A stretch of DNA of 63,708 bases, counting the filler, from Octopus bimaculoides (lineage: Eukaryota): the NCBI RefSeq assembly GCF_001194135.2. It is 8 parts of 7 records of this genome, joined end to end, with 100 filler letters (N's around TTAATTAATTAA, not from the genome) between each part and the next. Parts side by side here need not be neighbours in the genome. Positions count along the whole stretch, not along the records: positions 5,603 to 29,070 come from NC_068987.1; 7 more parts are not named here. One strand, given 5' to 3'. A program made the translations under genes and the position numbers. Within the stretch, counting starts at the first letter, position 1; every line of letters begins with the position of its first letter. This document shows, in pieces, positions 11,330 to 21,204 of this stretch. The notes under the pieces were generated by a model. That model was not told the DNA's origin, made no database searches, and saw only the letters and a program-made list of their open reading frames with translations.

Positions 11330-11560
11330 CGAGTCCTAGAGCCAGTGACTCAGTTTCCATGGCGTATAAATGATCGAGATCAAACCATTCCCTCTGAACA
11401 GGATGACAGTCTGTTGCTGGGTCACTCGTTTACAAATGAGTAAACTGGAGTAACTCGAAATAAAGTGTTTGGTTCAAGAGTATGACGTACTGCCTGGTCC
11501 GGGAATCGAACCCACGATCATGAGAGAAACATCTACAACATCCAAACCACAAAGCCACAC
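11330..11560 (-). mobile_element. SINE family C
   Basis: ccgggaatcgaacccacgatc (reverse B box), aactggagtaactcgaaataaagtgtttggttcaag. Confidence 0.65.
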
Positions 11561-12054
11561 GCCTTCACTTTCATTTTACCACATAACACATAATGTCATT
11601 ACCAGTGTTTTCTATAACAGGGTCTCTATACATCTATACTCTCGCCTGACAGAAGCAGCGACCGGATCTCTCTTAAATCACATCCTACCATCTTAAACAC
11701 ATTCGATAGTGTTAGCCTAGATACACCATACCTCAATAAGCATTAGGACGGTTACAGATGGAACACATTTTTTTAAGTACGAGTTCACAAAAGCCTGTAT
11801 GTGGTCGTTCGACCTACTATAAACAACAGCGAAATCTTCCTCTAATAGCACACTACTGCTTCAGAAAAAAGGAAGAACACATTGGATTGTGTAGTTCGAG
11901 GTACACCATGCCTCATAAAAGACCAATGGCTACGATTGGAATACTTATGATGACAGATCCGCTTAATCAGAATTGATCTAGGGTTAAACTAAGCAGCAGT
12001 AGCAACAGCAACAGCTTTTAATTCCATTTTCTTCCGGATCTTTCGCATCACCTT

Positions 12055-12089
<35 letters not shown>

Positions 12090-12138
12090 CTTCCGTATCT
12101 CTCTCTATTTACTGAACTCTGTCTCTCTTTCTCTCTCC

Positions 12139-12176
<38 letters not shown>

Positions 12177-12329
12177 ACACATACACAGAGTCTGCCAATA
12201 AAAGTGTTTACACACTCCAGGGAAAGAAAAACGTGTAGAAACACTTGAATACTAATTTTATTCAGACATCACGCTACTAGTACAAGTCACATTTAGCTAT
12301 TTTTGTTGTTGTTGTTGGTCTTTTCTAAA

Positions 12330-12937
12330 AACGGTCTATTTTTCGAGTGGGTCAATGTCTGGTATGGAGTGTCATCAAGAGTTTAAACAGGACCGTTTTT
12401 CTTTGAAGGTGCTATTACTGGTCAAGCGTGCTTAGATTAGCTACGCGCATCTTTTGTACCGACCATGCATGCGCTTTTGTATATGATGAATTTTTGTTTC
12501 AACAAAACGGCGCACCGTCACACGACTGTCGAGTCTTGCGATCTAAGCTGGATGAGAATTTGCAAGGATACTGGACAGGCTGAAGACATGCAATTGAGTA
12601 TCCTGATTGAACGCTTGCATACTTTCATTTATGGGGCTCCTTAAACGATGTCGTGTATCGCAGACAAACTGCTACACAGACAGCCCTTCGGCAAGAAATT
12701 GAAACGGTATGTGCAGCAATCCCACTGCACTTTTTGGCCAACGTTGCCCAAGTAGCAGTTCGCCGAATAATAAGTGCCTGGTAGCTAATGATCACTACTC
12801 TCAGCAATTTTTGTAATGGTAGAGGTTAAAGGTAACTTGTATTAATAGCGTGATATCTGAATAAATTTAGTATTAAAATATTTCTACACGTTTTTCTGGT
12901 CTTGAAGTGTGTAAACGTTTTTCTGGCGGACTCTGTA
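12330..12937 (+). mobile_element. Tc1/mariner transposase, 3' half, with terminus ending ctgTA
   Basis: VNVWYGVSS..GPFFFEG...FQQNGAPSH...LWGSLNDVVY...LRQEIETVCAAIP; end ...ggcggactctgTA. Confidence 0.8.
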
Positions 12938-13893
12938 TATTGTTCTTTACTCTCCCCCTCTCTCTTTTTCGTGCTCTTTTCCACGTGTTAATCCCTTAAT
13001 CTCGCCTTCTTTCCCCACTCCACTTCCACTCAATATATTTCTCATTACAAAAACAATATCTAAACGAAAGATCAATTATAACTATCATAAACTTTCTTTT
13101 CCCAAAGGAGAGGAGTCTTCTTGTCATCACTCCATCCNNNNNNNNNNNNNNNNNNNNNNNNNNNNNNNNNNNNNNNNNNNNNNNNNNNNNNNNNNNNNNN
13201 NNNNNNNNNNNNNNNNNNNNNNNNNNNNNNNNNNNNNNNNNNNNNNNNNNNNNNNNNNNNNNNNNNNNNNNNNNNNNNNNNNNNNNNNNNNNNNNNNNNN
13301 NNNNNNNNNNNNNNNNNNNNNNNNNNNNNNNNNNNNNNNNNNNNNNNNNNNNNNNNNNNNNNNNNNNNNNNNNNNNNNNNNNNNNNNNNNNNNNNNNNNN
13401 NNNNNNNNNNNNNNNNNNNNNNNNNNNNNNNNNNNNNNNNNNNNNNNNNNNNNNNNNNNNNNNNNNNNNNNNNNNNNNNNNNNNNNNNNNNNNNNNNNNN
13501 NNNNNNNNNNNNNNNNNNNNNNNNNNNNNNNNNNNNNNNNNNNNNNNNNNNNNNNNNNNNNNNNNNNNNNNNNNNNNNNNNNNNNNNNNNNNNNNNNNNN
13601 NNNNNNNNNNNNNNNNNNNNNNNNNNNNNNNNNNNNNNNNNNNNNNNNNNNNNNNNNNNNNNNNNNNNNNNNNNNNNNNNNNNNNNNNNNNNNNNNNNNN
13701 NNNNNNNNNNNNNNNNNNNNNNNNNNNNNNNNNNNNNNNNNNNNNNNNNNNNNNNNNNNNNNNNNNNNNNNNNNNNNNNNNNNNNNNNNNNNNNNNNNNN
13801 NNNNNNNNNNNNNNNNNNNNNNNNNNNNNNNNNNNNNNNNNNNNNNNNNNNNNNNNNNNNNNNNNNNNNNNNNNNNNNNNNNNNNNNNNNNNN

Positions 13894-14375
13894 GTATGTG
13901 TGTCTTTTCTATTTTTAAAAAATTATTATAAATCTCCCAGTGAGGAGGGAGCCGGTTTCCAACAAAGATACAAGGCTCCACCTTTGGGATATAGTTAATA
14001 CAGACAAATTCACATTTGGAACTTGAGAAAAATCTTGCATATTTTTACTGTTCCAGTCACAGATTGCACTTGTAATGTACGAATTAACCGGTCAGTTTCT
14101 CTTTCTGAAAATCCTAGTTTATCCAGATTCTCCTCTAAGCATTTACTAACAAAACCTAGTGCTCCAAGTATTATTTGTATAAATATGAATTCATAGTCTG
14201 CGTATAGAAGCTGGAGGTTTCGAAGCAGTTGTCCATAGATATCCTCTACAGAGCAGCTGACCTCTATGATGGTACATATCTTTGCTCCTCAGTCCGAAAC
14301 AACAATAGCCGGCCTGTTATGTTTACGTTTGACAGAGGTTTTGATGTGAAATTCCACCAGTGTTCCTTGAGTTAT
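13894..14375 (-). mobile_element. R4/Dong-like non-LTR retrotransposon: RLE domain plus 3' UTR (family 2), ending in ...gacacacatac
   Basis: KHNRPAIVVSD*GAKICTIIEVSC...YGQLLRNLQLLYADYEFIFIQIILGALG...GTVKICKIFLKFQM*; stop at 14010-14012. Confidence 0.75.
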
Positions 14376-14376
14376 A

Positions 14377-14442
<66 letters not shown>

Positions 14443-14445
<3 letters not shown>

Positions 14446-14600
14446 CAGGCTCCTTTTAGCTTCCGTCTATCCAATTTACTCACTGGGCTGTGGTCAGCCC
14501 GAGGCTATAGTAGAAGACACTTGCCCAAGGTGCCACGCATTGGTAATGAACTCGGAACCATGTGCTTGGGAAGCAAGCTTATTACCACACAGCCACGCCT
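14443..14600 (-). mobile_element. SINE family B, 5' half
   Basis: Reverse complement matches 16125-16290 (gctatagtagaagacacttgcccaaggtgccacgca). Confidence 0.8.
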
Positions 14601-14634
14601 AGGGTTAGTATAAATATATATACATACAGTTAGC

Positions 14635-14665
<31 letters not shown>

Positions 14666-15450
14666 TATATAAAGGGCATTAACTGTGTATCAATGCCTCA
14701 CGCTATCGAGGGACTAAATAAGTAAAAAAACTACCAAAAATAAGCAACAAAATTTACCGAAAGCGAGGGAATGCAGCTTTTCAAAATTTATCTCTTAAAA
14801 ACATTTAACTCAACGGTAGACCACTGGTTTCTCAATCAAATACAGAAAAAAACTGTGAAGTAACCTGTATTCTTTTGTTCATCAGTACACGTATGGTCAA
14901 GATATGTACGTATGTACAAACACACAACAAATATATACACACACACACACTCACACACATACACACACATACATGTGAATATGTGTATATATTTATATAT
15001 CATATATGAATATATACACATATTCACATGTATATGTGTGTGTATGTGTGTGAGTGAGTGTATGTGTGTGAATGTGTGTATGTGTTTGTTGTGCGTGTTT
15101 TTTGTGCATGCATAAGTGTGCTAGGAATAAAGAGAGAAAAAGAAGTGAATATAAACTTTTAAAATGATAAATAAACTACTGCTACTGATTACATGGAAGT
15201 TGTCAAGGACTTGAGAAGAGCAATTCTTTTACAACCTAATTAATGCTGAGCACCGAGCCTGTGGTAAAGCCGCATATACATACATATAAAGCAAAGTTGG
15301 TGGAAGTAATAACTGAAGAATATACTGGCCATACAGAGTTATTTCTCCTTGCTCATTTTCGCTCCACTTACGTAAATTACTTCGGCTTTAAATGTATCCT
15401 ACACTTTTTATATATGTCTGAGTTTCTCGTTCTTCACGAGTCAAAGCAGG

Positions 15451-15818
15451 ACGACTATTACACTACCCGACGGTAATCTTTACCATTGCATTTCTCGACG
15501 CTAATCGTTGCAATTACACTTCTCAACACTAGTCGTTACCATTACATTTGTCGACTCTAATCGTTACCGTTACATTTACCGACGCTAATCTTTACCATTA
15601 CTTTCCCGATGTTAATCGTTAAGTTTCGCTCCCCAACGCTAACCGTTACCATTACATTTCTCAACACTAATCTTTACTATTACACTTCCCAACGCTAATC
15701 GTTACCCTTACGTTTCCCGACGCTAATCTTTACTCTTACACTTCCCGACGCTGATCCTTACCATTACACTTTCTGAAGCTAATTGTTACCATTACATTTC
15801 CCGACGCTAATCGTTACC
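15451..15818. repeat. 28-bp minisatellite, about 13 diverged units
   Basis: Consensus cgacgctaatcgttaccattacatttcc. Confidence 0.9.
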
Positions 15819-16062
15819 TGTTGTGGTGGTGATGCCTTTTGAAGCAGAAACATTTGTGAAACGCTTTGTCTGTAGGCTAAAGAATTGTCTTTCTCTTAAT
15901 AGCATGGCATTTTTGGAGAAACCTTGATTGTTGAGATTACCTTCCCTCCTCAATTGGAGATACTTTCAATCGCTACCAAGTGATTTTTGTACCTCCTCTG
16001 GAAGCGGATAGGATTCCAATAAATTAAGAATTTATCTTTATGATTTTTAATATAACTTTAGC

Positions 16063-16094
<32 letters not shown>

Positions 16095-16124
16095 CATACA
16101 TACATACATACATACATACATACA

Positions 16125-16532
16125 AGGCGCAGGAGTGGCTGTGTGGTAAGTAGCTTGCTTACCAGCCACATGGTTCCGGGTTCAGTCCCACTGCGTGGCA
16201 CTTTGGGCAAGTGTCTTCTGCTATAGCCTCGGGCCGACCAAAGCCTTGTGAGTGGATTTGGTAGACGGAAACTGAAAGAAGCCCGTCGTATATATGTATA
16301 TATATCTATATGTATGTGTGTTTGTGTGTCTGTATTTGTCACCCCCCACCATCGCTTGACAACCGATGCTGGTGTGTTTACGTCCCCGTAACTTAGCGGT
16401 TCGGCAAAAAGAGACCGATAGAATAAGTACTAGGCTTACAAAGAATAAGTCCTGGGGTCGATTTCCTCGGCTGAAGGCGGTGCTCCAGCATGGCCGCAGT
16501 CAAATGACTGAAACAAGTAAAAGAGTAAAGAG
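16125..16532 (+). mobile_element. SINE family B, full length, flanked on both sides by (TACA)n
   Basis: tRNA-like head ggcgcaggagtggctgtgtggtaag...gggttcagtcccac, central domain, internal TA/TG microsatellite, tail ...gactgaaacaagtaaaagagtaaagag. Confidence 0.9.
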
Positions 16533-16901
16533 TATACATACATACATACATACATACTTTTGAATGTCGCATCATATCCCTTCAGCAACATCTTTTAATC
16601 ACCAAATGTCGAAGTGCATCCCTTGACCAACTTTGCATACATGAAGGTGATAACATCATAAAACTTGGAAGGCAATTCCTTGAGTAGCATTTCCTGTCTG
16701 ATAAACTTAAATACATGTCCAAAGAAGTTGCACGACTCTACCGCAACGTATCATCAGATGAAAGGATAAGCATATATGAGCAGAAGATCATGCATGGATA
16801 TGTTAGTAGAAATAAAACTGAACAATGACATACAGACACACATACAGACACACACACACATACACACACACACATACATACATACATACATACATACATA
16901 C

Positions 16902-17050
16902 CCTGTTGATGTTGAAATTCTAATGAAGGAACCTTGGATCTAGGTTAGAAACCGGTTCTTTCTCTATTGGCAAGAAATTTTGAAATAAAACTGAACAATG
17001 GCATACATACATACATACATACATACATACATACATGCATGCATACATAC
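16902..17050 (+). mobile_element. Short 3' end related to the family-2 RLE 3' UTR, with (CATA)n on both sides; a further tail copy at 16809-16828
   Basis: ggaaccttggatctaggttagaaaccggttc aligns with the reverse complement of 13935-13985 (ggagccttgtatctttgttggaaaccggctc). Confidence 0.6.
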
Positions 17051-17265
17051 ATATGTATATATATATATATATATGTATAAGTGCGTGTTTGCATTGTAGG
17101 AATCTATATACACACACATATATATGTGTGTATCTGTTGTTGTGTATCCTTCTTTATATTAAAGAAACGTTTAGTGTTTGTGGGTGTTTCCGGGAATGAT
17201 TGGTATTCTTTCCGGTTTCATAAGTGAAGCAAATTTGTGGCTTTGCTGAGAAGTTGGAGGGAGCG

Positions 17266-17325
<60 letters not shown>

Positions 17326-17733
17326 AAGTGCTGTGGTGAACAAAGGAAGCGGAAAAATGCTCATTCTACAAACACATAACATACGCACACAATATATGCA
17401 TGCATATAGACATACATATATACATACACATATGTACGCATACATACATTGCCATCAACATCAAGCGTGTGGGTAGGAGAAGATTGTTTTTCTCTAAAAA
17501 TAAAGCCGATATATTCAATCCAGAACCAATTATTGTCTTTTTTTCCTTATAAATAAGAGAAACACCGTTTACTTACTGACTTGGTGTTATTGAGATGGGA
17601 GAAGAGATCGATAAAAATGTTAAACCATCATCGACATCATCAAGGATTTCTCATAGGCAACTGATCTAACAAGAGATAACATGAATATATGCTGTTAAAA
17701 ACAACTTCAAAACACAGTTTAAGATAGCGTTTT

Positions 17734-17900
17734 CGTATCTGTTTCAGCCATTGCGCTGTGGACATGCTGGGACTCCACTGTGAAAGATTGAGTCGAAGAA
17801 ATCAATCTAGTACTTACTTTTTAAAGCCTGGTACGCTATGTTACAAGGACGTAAACAAGCCAATACCGGTCGTCAAGTGGTGAGTGGAGATACACTCACA
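17734..17900 (-). mobile_element. SINE family B, 3' part, degenerate
   Basis: tgtttcagccattgcgctgtggacatgctgg...gtcgaagaaatcaatc...aaggacgtaaacaagccaataccggtcgtcaag. Confidence 0.6.
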
Positions 17901-17940
17901 CACAAATACATAGACACATACAAACACACGTACATGTGTA

Positions 17941-18170
17941 GGCGGCAACCTGGCAGAAACGTTAGCACACCGGGCAAAATGCTTAGCGGTATTTCATCTG
18001 CCGCTATGTTCTGAGTTCAAATTCCACCGAGGTCGACTTTCCTTTTCATCCTTTCGGGGTCGATTAAATAAGTACCAGTTACGCACTAGGGTCGATATAA
18101 TCGACTTAATCCATTTGTCTGTCCTTGTTTGTCCCCTCTATGTGTAGCCCCTTGTAGGTAGTAAACAAAT
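17941..18170 (+). mobile_element. SINE family A, full length
   Basis: ggcggcaacctggcagaaacgttagcacaccggg...gttctgagttcaaattccaccgaggtcgac. Confidence 0.85.
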
Positions 18171-18404
18171 AACACATACATGTATACGTGTGTATACGGC
18201 AGGCTTCTACACAGTTTCCGTCTACCTTACAAGGTATTGATCGACCCCGGGACTTTAGCAGAATGTGCATGCTATGGGCCTGGTTGCAAGGTGAGCGTCT
18301 AAGCCGCCCCGCCATACATAAATGCATACATACAGGCCCACACAGATGTATGTATGTGTGTGTGTATGCATGCGTGCGTTTGTGTATGTATGCATGCATG
18401 CATG

Positions 18405-18437
<33 letters not shown>

Positions 18438-18584
18438 GTCCCTGCATAATGCTTATATTTGACCGAGTGGGAACGAACGTTTACATATGTAGCAAATGCA
18501 CCAATGCAAGCAACTATCTGCAACAGTAAAGGACTTAAGTAGATAAGTTGACCTAATTAGTACTGATGCTGTGTAGCTTAGTAG

Positions 18585-18790
18585 TTGAGTACTGCACTGC
18601 AAAGTATGTGGAGTGTAATTAAAGAACGCATAACTGTAATGAAAAAAACCAAAATCTCTCTTTACAAAAAGTTCTCTGTGTGTGACATGTATCAGCAGAA
18701 GCATGAGGAGAACGTTAGAGATTTTAGTGTTGCAGGTTATGTATCATCTATTACATGTAAGTCATGGAATAAGTTGATTGTATTAAGTAC
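18585..18790 (+). pseudogene. Possible LTR-retrotransposon Gag relic
   Basis: QQKHEENVRDF...TCK resembles the Q..DE.VR.F...CKF Gag motif; short, with no supporting pol. Confidence 0.25.
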
Positions 18791-18991
18791 AAGGCTAATA
18801 TGTACAAATTGGAAACGTGGACCTAACTGAATCGTGGGGTGATGAAGTAGTATAATGCGTTGAAGTATCCGGTAATGTATTCGGTATTTTCCCCAAAGAA
18901 AGAAAATAATTCTTTTTTTTTCTTCGCTGCATAATTTTTTTTTTTTTCTAGTAGGCTTCCTGCTTTAAATATATTAGCACCAACCTATATA

Positions 18992-19200
18992 ATCCTTTCT
19001 AATATAGGAACAAGGTTTGAAATTTTGGGGTAGGGGTTCAGTCGATTACATCATCCCCAGTACTCAACTGGTACTTAATTTATCAACATAGAAAGGATGC
19101 AAGTCAAAGTCAACCTCGGCGGAGTTTGAACCCAAGACGTAGCGACGAGCGAAATACCGCTAAGCATTTCGCCCAGTGTGTGTTACCGATTCTGCCTTGC
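18992..19200 (-). mobile_element. SINE family A
   Basis: gtcgattacatc..cccagtactcaactggtac...aacctcggcggagtttgaac...ccgctaagcatttcgccc. Confidence 0.8.
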
Positions 19201-19422
19201 GCACCAACTTAATAATAAACGAGGTCGGCTACTTGGACTGTCGCCTGGGGCGTCACACGCCCAAGGCTGCTTCGTTATGCATTTAACTAACTCTAACGAG
19301 CACCACGGGAGGAGAAGCTTTAGTACACTAAAGTTTATAAGGGCGTACCTTCAGTCGCCGATGACACGGGGCTATTTCGGTAGCTTTCTTAACAGAATGT
19401 GATATAATAAAAATGTAGATAT

Positions 19423-19530
19423 AGGTGCAGGCGTGACTGTGTGTGAAGCGGTTTGTTTCGGAACCATGTGGTTTCAGGTTCAGCCCCACTGTGCGGTACC
19501 TTGGACAAGTGTCTTCTACTATAGCCTTTT
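19423..19530 (+). mobile_element. SINE family B, head
   Basis: ggtgcaggcgtgactgtgtg...ggttcagccccactgtgcggtaccttggacaagtgtcttctactatagcc. Confidence 0.75.
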
Positions 19531-19559
19531 GTTCCAAAAACCTTTTAAGATTTTTCATT

Positions 19560-19770
19560 TTTTTTCCTGAACGACGGCCCTCAACATGTTGTTGTGCGGC
19601 CCTCGACGAATTTCTATGTTACTAATTTCATACTAAAACAAATAAAATTTCATACTATGACAAATAAAATTTCATATTGAGACAAATAAAATTAAGAACT
19701 GCAAAAAATATGTTTTATCATGCGGCCCTCTACCACTTGAGGAAAAGTTGTCTATTCCTGCCCTAAATTA
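19560..19770. mobile_element. hAT-like non-autonomous element end with repeated CGGCCCTC motifs and a ~22-bp AT-rich tandem repeat
   Basis: cggccctc three times; end gaaaagttgtctattcctg; acaaataaaatttcata units. Confidence 0.4.
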
Positions 19771-20279
19771 AGCAAATTATAAATCTACATGAATAACTAA
19801 ATGAAATACAGCTACCTCTACATTAGAGCAAATTAGGGTGGATTATAAAAGGTCCCGGGCCATCAGTGCCCGGAAAGTTAGTGTGGTACCTGTAGTACTC
19901 CCCCCCCCCCTGTGAAAATTGATAAAAATATTATACGTCGAGGATGACGAAATTGGGCTTGCCAAGGACTGACAACCTTAATGTAGGGCGAAAACATGGT
20001 TTCTCACAATTTATAAAACTGGATGTGACTGTTAATGTGATTGGAGTAGAATGGATTTACAGTACAATGTGTAAAGGTTTTTGATCTTTCCTATTTACAT
20101 AACAACACCGACACAAAATTTAATTACAACAAACAACGTTACGTCGTAATAAGCGGTTTGTACATGGTTATATGATCTGCTAGAAATAGCAGCCAAAGGG
20201 TCTCAAACAAGCATTAAAAGATGTATTCGACAATGTAGTCGAAGGTACACTTTTAAACTTAGACTTAACTGCCTTAGGA

Positions 20280-20525
20280 CCCATAAGACCAGAACCGGGC
20301 CCGATTTCCATAAGGTATAAAGCTACCGGGATCACAACACTTCTTTCGCACTGAACGGGTCGCCGATGCGTCGCAGGGCCAACTTCCTAGTTACTGCTGG
20401 AGCTCACTTGCAGCTGAGTGAACTGGAATAACGCGAAATGAAGTGTTGTGCTCAAGGACACTATGCACTGCTCGATGCCGGAATCGAAACCACAATCTTA
20501 CGATCGTGAATGCAACGCCATTATG
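20280..20525 (-). mobile_element. SINE family C
   Basis: gtgaactggaataacgcgaaatgaagtgttgtgctcaaggacac...ggaatcgaaaccacaatcttacgatc. Confidence 0.65.
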
Positions 20526-20974
20526 ATACGTACCTTTCATCTTAAACACACACACACTCACAAACCGGAATAGTCATAGCCGGTTTTCCTTTGATGATCA
20601 TACGACTGATAGATCAAGGACAACTTGGGCTAAAAACAACAACGATATTACGTAATAATTTTATAGATCTTATTCTATTTCTTACGTGTTGTAATTGTTT
20701 CAGTTGTTAGTAACAGCTCAGTTGGCCGGCAGGATTCAGTCAGCCTTACAATGTGATTCTAGTAGACTGGGCAGAATCAGACGTTTTTTCTATAATTCGT
20801 CACTCGCCTTTTGCAGTGTTCTTTTATCTTTGAACACCAATCAATTTTTTATGATTGATTTGAAGAAAATCAAACAAACCCAATTTCGATCCCGTAAATC
20901 ATGTCACACAGTCAGTTTCGATTTGAAAGAGTATTGTTCATTATATTTAATAGGGATGAAGATTATCCAAATTA

Positions 20975-21075
<101 letters not shown>

Positions 21076-21204
21076 TCACTCACTCACTCACTCACTCACT
21101 CACACACACACACACACGCACACCATATATATATCGTCAGTGGATAATATAACCGAAAAAGAAGCACACTCTAAATATTAGAGAAGTAGTGTATTTACAT
21201 GAAG

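Noticed and set aside
15451-15818. CRISPR-like periodicity
   Set aside because: Contiguous tandem units with no unique spacers, eukaryotic context, no cas genes.
16600-16775. Peptide IIKLGRQFLE*HFLSDKLKYMSKEVARL, vaguely like tyrosine-recombinase-associated repeats
   Set aside because: Short, has an in-frame stop, and the resemblance is from memory only; needs an HMM search.
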